A stretch of DNA of 64,000 bases from Klebsormidium nitens (Eukaryota > Plantae > Klebsormidiophyceae). The DNA lies in contig DF237198.1 of assembly GCA_000708835.1 (NCBI GenBank), positions 1-64,000 on the forward strand. Reading direction: 5' to 3'. The first letter of the stretch is position 1, and each line of letters starts with the position of its first letter. A program made the position numbers and the translations under genes. Shown piece by piece: positions 24,158 through 38,198 of the stretch. The notes under the pieces are model-generated. The model searched no databases and was not told the DNA's origin. It was given only the letters and a program-made list of their open reading frames with translations.

Positions 24158-25585
24158 TAACGATTTATATATTATAATAGCTCGAGCTAGCGCGCGCGGC
24201 CTGCTGTCGAGTGCACGTGAACATTCTCATGGATCATCCTGGGACCGTGCAGGTTCTCAGCTTACACCCCACGTAAAAGAAATATAAAGCGATTTATCAA
24301 AGCATGGTCCATGCGTGCACGTGGCGCAATGCACATCAATGTCAGTTCTTTGCTGATCATCTATGTTGAACCACCACCTGATGTCCTACATGACCGAAGT
24401 CTTGATAAATTAAGCAACAGATGCACGTCCCGACGTCCTAACTCTTCCTGGGCTCTTTAGCGTGATCGTGCAAGGCTGGACCACAGGCAGGGTTGAAACC
24501 ACACTGACCTCGATCGCGCAATACCCTTCAATCAAGCAACAACTACTAAACTAGCGCTGCAACATGCATTCGCTCCAGATTAATAAGTGACCCGGCGGCC
24601 AGCATCAGTCCTGACCGCGCAATGTCAATGCTAACACGTGCTTGCGCTACACAAATCAACGTTACTTACTGCTCAAACCCTTCTGATTTCCCCCTAGTGT
24701 ATTGGGCGTGCCAAGATGGAGACAAATGCTTTGCTTTGACTTCGCCTGCTTGGGCCTCAAATCACCTCCCAAAACTCTACGATAATTGTACCTGATCAAC
24801 CTCTCTATTCGCAACAAGGCCCGGGCTTTGATAATCGCTGGGGCTCCCATCTATCAACTTGGAGGTATTGAAACCGATAGCAACTTAAGAGCTGGAAGTT
24901 GTTGGACAAGTTTGAGCATCAGCCCAAGAAGTGAGCACGTAAAGTCCTGATCCCGTACGTTCTGTGAGGAGAATCACAAGAGAGCAAAATCAGCAATAGA
25001 CGTTTGTAGGGAAGGCGGCTCAAGAAGACCTTTTGCTCCGCTCGAATATGCTCGCTTGGCTCTCAGACTTGCCAAACCTCACCCGCTACCCGTTGGCTGC
25101 TTTAGAGGCGACAAGGAGGCTTTGAATGCGAAGCAGAATCAACGGCGAACAACTTGGAACCCTCAGCAATAGGCAAAGTTTTCCAAGGAAAGTGTTTACT
25201 GACATCTTCTTGTTCTGTGCGCACGATTCAAGCCTTGACCGCCCTTGAAACTTCATCAAGACAAAGGACAAAGAAGAGGGGCGTCTTTCAGTGAAGAGTC
25301 CCTCCTAAAGATCGGGCCGACTGTCGAAACTGGTCAACTTTGCTCGCTTACTGGGTTTTCAGCAACAGCTTTGATGCAAACACATTGTTCGTGCAGAGTA
25401 TGGTCCTCAATTTTCATTCCAAAGAAGCTTCGGAATAGGATGAACCTTCTTGAAGAAGTGACAACAAAAGGGAAACTTGAAGAGGGTTTCTTGGGAAAAG
25501 GACAAACTGTCTCGAAGAAACGGTTAGAGTGGTAAGTTTTCAAAGGGAAGGGCGATCAGCTCACCTGAACATTTGACAGCGCCGC

Positions 25586-28500
25586 CTACCGCAGCACGAG
25601 AAGGGCGGACAGCACGAGGCAAGCCAACCCGAGGACGTAGGGCGAAGTCAGCACGGTCGTTCCATACGCTCTTGCAGCGAAACTTGTGTGCTGCACCAGA
25701 AAAGCACAAGCGCATCTTCTCATCCTGTCCCCTCCTATCTTCAATGTCTCCCTTTTGTTCCTTCTATTATCTTTCGCTTCCGTAGTATTTCCGTTGCCTC
25801 CTTCGGATAACTTTTCGTTGTACATCTATACCTGGCCGCGCTTTCGCGAGCAGTATCAATGAGATTCTTGGTGAGACAATACGGGCCCAGTCCATAACGA
25901 CCAGAGGTGATCTACGGGCAACATCTCCGAGTCGTCTCTTTATCGACCGCAGTCAGGATTCTGAGGTCTGCTCCTAAGCCTCAAGTAAGGAGAAGCAACG
26001 AAAGTAGTAGCGCTTATAGAACTGGGCTGAGAGCGGGGTAATATCGCAGGCCTTTTCGTTACATCGACCATAAAGTCTCAGCAATCCCCCTTGAACACAG
26101 AGAATCCAATGAATCTTTGAGCACCGCTGGATGTTGATCTTTCCTCTTTCCAAGCAAAAACCAGACTAAATAAGTGTACGGCACCCTGAAAATACTGCGA
26201 CCGTTCCTCCTGGCAGGGCATACACTTTATCGAAATATCTGCTCGCATGGTGAAACTGGTAGACACGACAGACTTTGAAAGTGTTCCTTCTAGGTTCTCG
26301 ATTCAAGTCAAATAATGAGCAAACTCGCTTGGTGAAATTGGAAAGCACGCATCGAGTGGAACCTCAGAACAAAATAGGAGAGGAACGAATCAAGCGCCAC
26401 AGAAGAAGCCCATACACACCAAAGTCCACTCCAGCTCACCAGCAAAGTCCACAGTCCGAGCAGCACGCCCGCGGACCGGATCGCCCACCCGAGCGTTTCC
26501 AGCCCCCGAGGCCCTGTTCGCAGGGCGGAGCTCTGCACCAGGACTTGTTCCTCCTCTTCCTTCTCCTTCAGGTTGGACTTCGACAGGGCCCTCCGGCGTT
26601 GCGCTACCGCGCCGCGAGCCAGATTCGACGCGGATTCTGAACGGGTCATTTTGCTGGTCTCGCCGCCGGTGCGGGGCTCCAGCTGGTGCTCAATGTCTGG
26701 CATAGGCAGCAGAGAGAGGGTTCATCAGAAGGGCCGGAACTAGACCTCAAATATGGTTAAGCGGGCGCTCTGAAATGCAGGCAGCATGGAGACAGCTAAT
26801 AGGTGCAGCGAAGGATCCACACTACTTATGGGGGTGACGTCAGATTGCAAGACCGGCAAACAAGCGCCAACATCTGATCCAAAAGCGAACTCTTCGAGTT
26901 CCAAGGTTCGAGCAGCAGAAGAGACTGACAACTTAATGAGCGTTTCGTGCGCATAGGAAGAATACGTTCCTGGTAGCTCTCGCAAACACGGCACAAGATC
27001 AGATAAACCAGTACAGAGCAGAAGAAACACTGAGAAAATACAGAAGGGCAAAGATCCAAACAGGCGCCCGGCGCCTACCTTTCCGGGGTGGTATTGAGAG
27101 CGACGCCTTGAGCGCTGGCCGCTTCGCCACGTCCCGGTACGCGCCAAACGCCGCGATCCAGAGCATCCACGGGAACAGAATCAGGAGGAAGAACGGAACG
27201 GCGAGGATGAGCGTGCACGGCATGGGGGCGACCACTGAGGCCCCGTTTTTGGCGAGGGGGATTTCCCAGTGCCGGAGGTAAAAGCTGGCGAGGGGCGCCG
27301 ACGAGTCGTCCAGGGCCTGGCCCCAGAACCAGGGGCCGAGGGCCAGGTACGAGAGGAACGCAACCTGCGGAAGAGAGGGGGGATGTCAGTGGAAAGTCCG
27401 CTCAGCGCCTCTTTCATGGGCCGGTTGTGTGATTCAAGTGGTTTGAGCGGTTGGAATGAGGCTAACCCGTTTCGGGGCATGTGAGAGATTGGGACGTGGA
27501 GAAGTCAATCTGGTTCGTTCTTTGTTGGCACCTGTGATCGCAAAAGAAGGGACATGGATACAATGAACATAGATCTGGAGCGAGCAGACACTATCTCTGG
27601 GAACCAGTACCACGCCACCGCTTTTCGCAGGCTCCGTTGACGTTGTTCTGTACCTCTGTCCCTCAGCATTTTTGAAAAGATGAGTCTGCAGTAAACGGAG
27701 AAACTGCTGAAATCAACGCTCGGACGCTCACCTGCGGCAGCCACACGGCGGTTCGAGTGGCGGATTGGCAGAGCGCCCAGGAGCCGATCTCGAGCAGCCG
27801 CGACAGGAAGACGAGTGGGTTCCAGCCCACCCGGAGGGGTCGCGACACCACGCGGAGCGTCCACTCCTCAAACATGTGCTCCGAGTGCAAGTAGCTCGCC
27901 CAAAACCTGGACCGGAAAGAAGACTTTGGAACGTGGGATTGTGACCTTCCAACAGCTCCTCTTACTTCCTTATCTCTCCTTACTACGGAAAGAACCCCAG
28001 ACGAGTAGTTTTGCGTGCTGCTGTTCCGGAGAAGAAGACGTTCGAGTGGGCGGTTCCAGAACCTCCGCACTTGGAGAAAGCAGCGCTAGTACTCCATGCA
28101 TTAGCCCCAGCACCTCTTTTACCGCACTTTCACATGCTTCGACACAGGATTTCTAGCGACTTGCAGGCCGCCGCCAACATTTTCGTTAGGTTCCTAGTCT
28201 AAGCAGTCTCCTTGGTAGCAGCTTTTCAAGTCAATGAGTCCAGAGTTCGGTTTGAGAAGGCCGTTGCCATGGTTCACCATTAAAGGACTTACCCTTCTGT
28301 GGATAACCTACGAAGATGGGATCGAATTTCCCAATATTCAAAAGGGAACAATCTGGGTGGTCTCGATCTTGGGAACAAAAGACAACGTTCGTGTGGCTGC
28401 CAGAGAAGCGGCGGTAGTAAATACGAATCGAAAGTCTCTGATTTTCCTCGCATCGCGTTACTGCAAAGCCGGAGAAGCCTCACCTCGGCAGCAATAGGAC

Positions 28501-31256
28501 GCATCCCAGCAGCACCACATAGATCCCCACGAGTGCCGGCATGTATAGCTCGTCCCACCGCACGCCGATCAGCAGAAACGACGCCACGCTCTGCTTGAAC
28601 AGCGGGACCCCCCCCTTACCCCCGCTTTCTCGAGCCCCCCCAATCACGAACGGCTGCTGCCGCGACGCCAGCTTCTGCCCGGTGGAATCCCGCACCACGA
28701 TCTGGATCCAGTACCGCCCCGGACGGCCTTTTTCGTACGGCGCCGGGTCCCACGTCCGGACGTACAGAACGGCCGGCTCCCGTCCGAAATCCCGCTCTAG
28801 TTTCACCTCCTCTGCAATTGAGCCCTTGCTCGAGAACCCGCTCCCTCGATCCCAGATCTGCGCCGAGACGTCGAGCGGTTCGTGGCGCGAAAAGACGAGC
28901 GCCTCGATCGCTGAGACGCCGACTGTTTCTCGATAGTGCCCGTTGAACGGCGAGAGAACTAGGATGAGCGCCGAGTCTTCGTCGTAGACCTGGCTGTCAT
29001 GCGTCGTGCCTTCGTTCTCGACCACTCGCCCCAGCCCGACGCTGCGCCGGTACTCGGCCGTCGCCTCGTGGCCGCCGTCGTCCGATGCCGTCCGTTTCGA
29101 AAACTGGACGTCCGAGAAGCTGATTTGGCCACGTCGAATGGCGACCAGCCGCATGAACCGGCTCTCTTTCCAGTCGCCCATTTCCCACTCCCAAAACCCG
29201 CTGGACCTGAGGCCTTTCTCGGACAAAACCTGCCGTCTGGTGTCCTGCGCCAGCCTTCTCCGGAGGCCTTCCGTGCTCTGCTCCTCTTCTTCCATATCCA
29301 ATCCGGCAATCCAATCATCCGACTCTAGTTGTTTGGTTTCCATTACTCTGTCCGTTCCTGGGTGAAATTTGTGCAACAAACCGCCAAAACGGGCGTGCAA
29401 GTGTCCGCATAAGTACGCGGACACGCCGTGCTTTTTCAGCACGTCCTCAACGCGCCGTCCGGATTCTGTCCGGGCCATGAACGACAGTGTGAAATGGCCA
29501 AAAGCAATGATGGTGGGAGGCCGACCAGTTGGGGCCCTGTTTATGTGTTCGAGAGTGGAGTCCAGGCTGTCGAGGAGTGCGTCAGAGGGCATGCCGAAGA
29601 AGTTACAGGGCCCCCGGAGCCCCACTTCTTGCGCGGCATCAATGCCAACCAGAACGTGCTTTGGATCAGCCCCTTCCTGCAAACACGGCATAGACTTCAG
29701 GTCATACTCATAGCAAAACTGTACTTAGGTACAGTAATCCTCCTTAGCAAGAAGAGGTACGACCAGCCAACGCGTCAAACCACAAAGGAAAGGAGGCAAT
29801 ACGGACTTGGCAGAGAAGGCCCGCACTTGACTGGTGTAGTCAGTGCAAGGTTTTCAGAGAACTTTGTCAAAATCATTCAGGCAACAAATTTCCGCGGAGA
29901 CATGCACACAATGTTTACTTTCATGTAACAACAGCGTCGCATATTGCCTTGCCAGGAACGAATGCCTTTCTCAGTCGAATAACATGTTTTCTTGGAGAAA
30001 TAGGAGGCTTAAGATCTGGGACAACTTTGCAGAACCACATTGAGCACACCCCTGTTCTCTGTGAAAGACAGGCATATCCCCTTACCTCTAATCTGACAGT
30101 GAACACTCTTTGCAGTGCCCCTGCCGTGCGATTTGCTCTCCCCCCTATTGCCCCATACGTCGGATAGAAGTCACCGGGCCCTCCTCTCAATCCAACACCA
30201 AAAGTGTCATGGTTGCCCCGTATGTCGACAATGGACTCAATAGGCACCCCGCTAGCCTTTGAAAGGGCGGCAATCACTGTGTTGTACTCGTACCACTCCC
30301 AGTCGTCTTGTCGAGTCGGGTAGCGAGCAGCGGACCTTGACTCTGCACAGCAGGAGTGGTTACTTTGAGATGAGGGCAAATTTGGTTGAGGCATCATATC
30401 AGCAGGTCGCAAGCCGACCAGCTGAAGTTGACAGAACTCAAACACAATAATGATATCGAAGATCAGGCAAAAGGGTCAGGTTCGAGAATCAAACCTTGCA
30501 ATTACTCCAAACTCCCTGGCTTTGAATACTTGCATTGGATCTGATTGGATCTAAGCAGCACCAAACCTTACAGCATCATTCCAGCACGCTCATGTTTTTG
30601 TTCAAGAAGGTGAAGGTGGCTTTCAAGCAATTGGCATGAGGCCAGCTAGCCATTTCAAACATGAAGGCTGTGGGGAGAACATTCTTTCCCTTAGTATCTC
30701 CCAAATGTTGCTCAACAAGTTTTGAAGCTCACGTTGGTGGTTTGGGTCTCAGATTACAATGTCGCCTTCCTCATTCTTGGGTTTCACAAACAAAAAAGCA
30801 TTGTTCAGGAGCGCTAATTTTCCAGTTTTGGCAGCTTGATAAGAACAAAATGTGCAATGCACGTGGAGCTCTTCTAAAAGAAGCTTGTATAAAGTTGTTC
30901 TCTGAGGCTTTTGCACAACACCTCCAGAAATGGAGGTAGCCATAATGGGACTCAATACTGTCAGTAGCTTCAATGTTTGCAACTTTGCTGTCAGATATTC
31001 AGTCAACTCAAAGCTCACCCGTCAGATCCCCAGTAATCAGCACCACACTTGGTTGCACAATTGAGAGAGCCGTGGCCACCTTGGCTTTCAGGTCGGCCGC
31101 CCTCTCTGGATTATGCTTGCTGATGTGCAAATCAGACAGCTGAATGAACCAGACCAAGTCATCGGCGTCAGCTCCAGTCTGAGCGCCAACATATTGAGGC
31201 GTCCAGGAAGTGAGGACCATCAAAAGCACAATTGCAAGATTACTGAAGCACTTCAT
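25586..31256 (-). CDS. Calcineurin-like metallophosphoesterase with signal peptide and C-terminal transmembrane region (TMEM62/At3g03305-like); multi-exon
   Basis: Signal peptide MKCFSNLAIVLLMVL, followed by the motifs FIQLSDLHIS, VLITGDLT, DIRGNHD, IAFGHF, AYLCGHLH and WEWEMGDWK. Hydrophobic C-terminal exons at ~27730-27925, ~27070-27365, ~26430-26710 and 25586-~25690. Confidence 0.88.
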
Positions 31257-32027
31257 GATTGTGGAGAGCAACTTTCAAGGCAGTGCCGAATCCTGTAACT
31301 CTAATCAAGTTGATTACTCAGAAAAGTCCTCATTTTTGATCTGGGTCCATTTAGACTCCTCCATCAGCGTCCGCCAACATTTTGGAAGCTCAATGCTAGC
31401 TTCAAGTCCCCCGGTCTGGATAGTTCAAATCGCTCGTCTCTGTCTGCCAGCCCCCGCTCGAGCGGGCAGCTCGCAGCGACAGCGAGAAGCGACTTCTTCA
31501 ACTTCAAGCTCTCGCAACGCTTGTGAAGGGACGTCCTGCCTCTGTGCCTGTCCTACCTGAACTTGACTCATCTCTCAACATGTCATCTGACATCGGTATC
31601 ACTGTTAAAGTGAGAATGCGTACGTGGTTCCAACGTTTCTCTGATCCCGGCTGCTCGAACTTCAAAATGTCGTTTCGGGAATTCCGACTGTGAAGCTTTG
31701 CTTGCCTAGCTGTTGGGCTTTACACTACTCAGGTCTGACGATGATCACGGTAGCTCGACGGCAGCCCGGCGGCACGAGCGGAAGGTGTTCACACTCTCCA
31801 TTATCCAACTTGGAAAAGAAATTTCAAGGCCGAAAACTTTCAAAAAGTTCAGCTGGCTGTGTAGCCTCAGTAGGCTGTGCTATGTAGCTTCAAATCCTTT
31901 CCCACACCGGCTGCATTTGAATCTTGATTGGAAGCGCTATCCACTGCCAGAATCCTTCGAGAAGTCAACATCCTTGTGAACACCCGCAGTGCTCACTGTT
32001 TTTGCGAGTTCCCCATGGTTTGATGAG

Positions 32028-35000
32028 ATGGAGGCCAATAGCTTCGTCCTCTGTCGGTCTCAGAGCAATCATGATTCTTTGACAAACCCCGCTGGCACAA
32101 GCGGAAGGATTCTGGGTAGCGCCTGCGGTAGCACAGCTGTCGAGATCCTTGTGACTGTGCAAGGCGATGGGGTGGTGGCGTATAACTCTTCTAAGCAGGT
32201 ATGTCAAAGTTCCGCAAGGGATTCTGTGAAGAAATATTGTGGGCTTCTATTATGGGTTTGTTGTGTTTTTTGAAGTTGCGCTCCTGATATGCACCAAGGT
32301 GTTCTGCCTTCTCGCGCACTCAGAGACTTGGTAATGGTCTTGGTAATGATATCTTGAGTTTACAGCTCCCCGTGTGGCATTTCTGGCATTGCCTTGCTTG
32401 AAAGAGCTTACAAAGAATATGTTTCAGCAATCAGTACCACAGTAGTTGTTTTTGAGGTAAGCCGTAGCGACTTTTTTCTGCCTTCTAGTATTTTGTGGTT
32501 GCCCCAGGATATATATTCACAATGTGCCTCGCTTGGATCAACCTTACATGCACAATGCATGGGCGTAGGATTCTGACCAGTCTGATTGCGTAATCACCGA
32601 GGTCTCAAGTTGCAGGCAAACACCTGCGTATGTTGGGTTTCTTGGTTCGAAAGCAGCCAAGCATGCGCCACGAAGTTTTGGGGTGGTGTTATTGGTAATG
32701 GTGATATACTTCTATTTCATCTGTGTGCAGCAGGGGCATTTAACCTCAAGCTGTTGGGCCCAACCTCATTTGATTCTTGATTACTTTGGTGTTTGCAAAG
32801 TGCACTGTTCATTCTGGCTTAAGTTTAACATGTCAGCAAATCTTTCACCATCAGCCTGTCTAAAATCTGAACTACGAATTCAAACCCAAGATTGTGGCAT
32901 GCCGAGCACCTTTTTGACCACTTCAAACTTTGCAAGGGTTGATTTTATGATTGTCTCTAGTAGTAGGTGTTTCCTGGCGGAATGCAAACATCTGCATAAT
33001 CAATTCTAAACACGTTAGATCCTTGTGCAGCTCCGGACCAGGAGTTGGCCGCTCGGCTCGCGCGGCGCCACGTTCGCCACTCCCGCAGTCTGGGACACCC
33101 ACACGTCGCGCTACTATACGGCCCTGGAAACCTTGTCAGAGGGGCAGCACCTCGTTTCCTGGGAAAAATCAACAGACTCCAATCAGTCAACTTCAGGCCT
33201 GATCGACGCGCCAGTAAAAAGAGCACTAGGTGGGGTGGCGGTGCATTCCCTGTGGCCCGTATCGCAACCAAAAAGGAACACGAAGCTTGCCAGTGGCGCC
33301 GTAGTTGTGTTCCATGATGGCTCGGTGGCTGCTTTCGGTGCCGACCTGGCGCAGACGAGCTGGCTGCCGGGGGTCGAGAGGGGGACCGTCGAGGCAGTTG
33401 CGGTGAGCAGGAAGGGGGGAGCACTGTTCGTGGCAATTGCGGGATACAAACGGGGGGCTGCGAGACGGGCTGTGAAGGTCGTGGAGCTGAGCTCAAGTGT
33501 GCCGGCTGGGTCGGGGGAGGAAGTCGACGTACTCAAAGTGAGGCAGGAATTGGAGTTGCCGCATTCTGGGGAGGGTTCGGTGGCATCGGTGTCACTCGGG
33601 GAAAACCTGGATCTGTCCGTGCTGTGGGACGATGGCCGGTGGCAGTCCTTTTGCGCGGATCGCAACGGCGCAGGCCAGGGGTGGTCATACAAGCCGGGTC
33701 ACATTAGAAAGCTCGCCGTCTTTCAGGGCGAGACACGGGCGAAGAGCAAGAAGACGCCAAAGAAGAAAAGGGCCAACCTGGATGCGGATTCCAGTCTGGT
33801 CGAAGCGAGCTCGTCGGGGCGGTTGCTTGCCATGCCGGGATCTTCGTATGTGGCAGCTGTCGGTCCAGCGGAGGGGGGTCGTGGGGGCCTAGTGGTTGTG
33901 ATTCTGGACACCCAGTACGGGTGTCTGCACAAAAGGTTCGCTCTAGCGGCCAGAGCGGAAGAGGACGCAAAGACGGACAGTCTCTCGACACTGCTTGACG
34001 CTCGGTCCTCCAGTTTGGGGGCGTTGGTTGGGCTTCAGAATGGCGGGGACGAGGGGTCGCTGCTGGTCAGTACGTCAGAAAAAGTGATAGTCTGCGATGT
34101 GTCGCTGACGCCGCTCTCTCTGGCTGGAATGCTGGGCGCGCTCGCACGGGTGCCAAGTGGCGGCCCTACTGGGGTGCCACCTGGCAGGTCTGTGGAGGCG
34201 CCAGCTGGCGCTGAGGTTGAGAGCAGCTCTGGATGGGGGGCATTAGCAAACGACGCGGCGGTGATGGCTTCGTCTGTTTACGGCCAGTCAGAGGTGGAGT
34301 CTTTGCAGGCCCCTGCAAGCAGAACGGTAGTTACTCCAAGCATTAGCGGTAGGGGGGTCGTAGAGGAAGAGTCGAGCTTGGTCCGACGGGAAGAGGGTGG
34401 CGTATGGGATGTAGAGCGAGGGGTTGCTGCAGAGGACGAGCTTCTGAAACGGATCCGGGACGCGACGAGTGAACAAGAATTGGCGTCATTGCTGGGCGAA
34501 CGGTTTGGGAGCGGGCGAGAAGGGGGTGATGCACAGCCGCGGGGTGCAAACGGACTGCCGAACGGTGTGCATGCGAACGGGAGGAACGATTCTGACGATT
34601 CGGACCTGGAGGACGGCCAGCCGAACGGGTCCACTCACCAGAACGGCTTTGCGCAGAAGAATGGGGTCAAGAAGAACGGAAAGGGTAGTAAAGGGCCTGG
34701 AAAGGAAGCTAACGGAACGCCAAAGCGACTGTCGCATCATCTGCGACAATGCTCCTCTGAGGTAGTGACGGCAGTTGTAGAGCGGTCGCTCGAAACCCGT
34801 TCCTGGTCGGTGTTAGAATCCGTTCTCTGGTCGGGCAGCTTGCCAGCCGGGTCCGCGAGCCCATATCTAATGCGCACTCTTGCCGGCGCCCAGCAGTTGC
34901 GCCTTTTAGAAACGGTCACTGCCTACTTGCGGGACCTTCCCCCCGCAGACCTCGCTTTCCTCCTCCGCTTTCAAATCAGTGACGCCGACCAAGAAACGCT

Positions 35001-37153
35001 CCAACAGCTGGCAGCTGAGCGGAAGAAGAGCGCGCTTGCGAAAGTGACGAAGCTTGCGGCGGCGGTGAAGGAGGGACAGGTGTCGAAAGCACGGCGGAGG
35101 GAGGTGACAGCTGTACGGCTGGTGGCAGACGCGGTGGACTTATTCACACCGAGGGAGGCGGCATTGCACGCGCTGGTAGCAGTTCCCCGGGACGAGACGG
35201 TGCTCGCGGCGGCGCTGCGGGAGCTCAACGCAGCAGAGGTGTGTAAATTGCCGTTTCATCGATTGATCTGGGTGCTTTCTGTCCTTTTTCTGGTTGTCCT
35301 TGTGGTTCTTGCGGAACTGTCGAACCAACCTTTTGTAGCTGCGTGGTGATGCAAGGCAACAAAGTTGCTTCCCTTGCAAGTGCAGGGTTTTCTCGCACTC
35401 GCATCAAGCCGGATTGACTTTGTTCCAAACAATTGTGCCATCTTCAGATGCCTCGGCTATAACATCTGTTTTATCGAGAACGGTTTTCTGTCTTGAGTGA
35501 GTTCCTCTTCAGACACATTCAATCAGCGGCAGTGTTCTTTGATTGAACTAGATTTTGTTATCTCAAATGTCGCAAGATTTCATACAACCTCGCAAGTTTG
35601 AGAGTCGCCTGTCCGGGCGCATTGCCAACGCGAGGGTTGGACGGGTTTCCTTCCTTTCTACTTCGTCGTGGAAATCAAAGAAGGTGCAGGGACGACATCT
35701 GGACTCTGGAACGTCCAGAAGTGGACTCTGCAAGAGGCGGACACGTCAGGGAAAGACCTCTCAGGCTGCATTCGCTGTTGTTGCGGGAACATTCGTGTTG
35801 GTGAAGTCGTCGTTTTAAATCGTACAATGACGCACAGGTGGCAAGAGGGAGCGGAATCAGAAAGTCTCACTGGATGCTTAGGTTTGGGATGTCTCGGCGA
35901 ACGACAGTTGCACTTTGCCGACGCTTGTCCTTGAATCCTACAGGTCAGTTTCTTAGTGGGCTACTTCACCAAGTGGATGGACGTCTACTTCGACCGGGCG
36001 GAGGTGTCGGCACCCAAGTGGGGCAGAATCGTGCTGCCGTCACTAGCACAGGTGAGGGTTTTACAACATTCGCTCTCGTATTTCAAAACCGGAAAGTAGC
36101 TGTTAGAATCTTGTTCCCCAGCATTATGAGTCCACGCTGAAAGCACGGACACCGATTGTGGCACTCTTCTGTTCTCTAGTCCAAGAAACGGCAACATTTT
36201 CACTTGCTATGAGCCGTCTCCGACGAATCTGTAAGATTGTCAGATGGCGCGCTCCCCAAAAACCGCTTAGAAGAACGTGCACCACTTGTGCTTTCCCATT
36301 GCATCTTATGCTGCGCGAGCATCCCTTGTTATTGCACTGTCAAGCTCGCTTCCCCTGAAAGCCGTCAGCAAGCCTTCCAGTCTGCACCCGCCGCTTACCC
36401 CTTCAAAGTTCCATGTTACTGTCACCTTGCTTTTCCTTGGTAAACACCGCGACTGCTCATTGGACGCAACGTTACTGTATTGAGCTAGCCCAGACGCTTA
36501 GGTTCGGGCCCCATCGTTTGCGCAGGTGGTCCGATGGCTGTCGCTCCTCTTGGACGTTCACCTCACAAGGCTCGTGCTCTTGCCAGACTGCCACCAGGTA
36601 AGCCACGAAAGCGGAACGCCATTTCCTTTCCCTTCGTCCACGTTCAACTTCACGTAATGCTGCATGGCGTTCGTAGTGGAAGCAAACATGACACATCAAC
36701 CGAGGCTGCCTGATTTCCCCCCTCCTTTCGTGGTACACAACGACAAACTGTGATCACAGGATCGCCATGCTTGTGCGAAGCAATGCCTGCGCGAAGCTAC
36801 CTGACATGCTGTCAAGGCGAAATCCCGATCGTAGATTCTCAACGTGCAGTGCCCAAGGCTGCTTCAACGTGATATGCGCAGTCTGATTCACGTGAAGTGC
36901 CCAAGTCTGCCTTTAGTAAAGGGTGCACAAGTCTGCTTCAGGTGTGGAGTGCCTAACGTTGCTTCTACTCCCCCTGCAGGTCGTGGGCCGTCTACACCGG
37001 GTCGTCGCCGCCCAAGTCACACTCACGCGCAAACTCGTCCCCCTGGGCGGGGTCACCGCCCACATCCGAAATAAGGCCAAGCTGCCCTCCAGGCGGGCGG
37101 CGAGCGGGAAACCTGCGGGAGGGTACTCAGTCGAGGTCCTGAGTCTTGATTAA
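32028..37153 (+). CDS. NOL11: Nucleolar protein 11 / Utp8-like (SSU processome t-UTP)
   Basis: Exon 32028-32198 (ILVTVQGDGVVAY), then 33031-~35238 (RSWPL...ATPAVWD), then C-terminal exons VSFLVGYFTKWMDVY...LPSLAQ | VVRWLSLLLDVHLTRLV | ...YSVEVLSLD*. These match recalled NOL11/Utp8 terminal motifs. Confidence 0.75.
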
Positions 37154-38198
37154 CCCAGAGTGAGCGAAGTTAATCGTAGAGGGTGACCAAGGATTCATTA
37201 AACTCAAGGCATGCGCTTTCAGTCAAATAGGTTTGAGGCTCAAGCGCGACAGCTGTGTGGGCGCCTTTCCAAGTCATGTCTGTTGTGGCCGTTCAAGTGG
37301 CCGTTTGACTGCCCCTTGACCCGCTCCTGATCTGGCATTGAACCATGACGCGGCCCTGTGTGGGCCGACCCGCGACGCGGGCCGCCAAGCGCAGGCTAGC
37401 CTGCGCGGCTATTGCACTATACTGTAGGTTTTAGTATGATGTTCTCTTTTACACGCTGTAGCCCCATGGCCATATAGGCTTCCCATGGCATACATTTTCA
37501 TGAATGTGTCTTTCGTCATCACCATCTCTTCCTCGACGGCTGATCTTCTTTACCGAAGGCCCCAAGTTAAGCTACTGCGACGAGCGCACTTGAGCCCTGA
37601 CTGCAACAACTATATAAGGTTCCTAGCCCTCAAGCGGGCCCTCTCTACACTTTAAAAAGAGCCGAACCTAGGCTGGACATGTCTTGGTCTCGTTTTGTTG
37701 CTTCCGGACCTAGGAGAGAAGAGTAGAGACCAAATAGAATTGCGGACCGCGTTACTTGTAAGGTATACGTATGATGCACATCATGCCGGTCGTCAAAAAC
37801 CTCCTGCCCCGTACTTCAAAGCTAAGGGGATTTTTCCAATCGAGGAGGAACAAATTAAGGTCCGACAATACACATCACATGTATTTTGCTATAGATAAGG
37901 CAGATTAGCATGGGCGTGGAGAGGGGCTGGCTGGGGCCCACACTCGATCCAAGCAGTATTGAAGGCGAGACCAATTGCATAGGCAAAGTCCGGGTGCTGT
38001 ATTGTCTACTAGAGAAGGATTGATTGCAAAGCCCCTCTTCAATCTGAACCTTGCAGTGAATAATTGAACTGCATTGCGGAACCCAAGCATGTTGACACGA
38101 GCGGCTCATATTTGTCAATACAGATGTTCTAAACGAGCTTCAAAGTAGAACAGGTCACCAGTATCAACCCACTACAACCATAAACTTAGCTCCAGTCT

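Noticed and set aside
24300-25550. Possible degenerate transposase or gene fragments
   Set aside because: Only short ORFs with frequent stops; no DDE, RT or other motif and no TIRs found.
37389-37406. 18-bp GC-rich palindrome GCGCAGGCTAGCCTGCGC as a Helitron 3' end that might have carried the DUF2283 gene
   Set aside because: No CTRR terminus at the expected distance on either strand, and no matching 5' TC end or TIR around the DUF2283 ORF.
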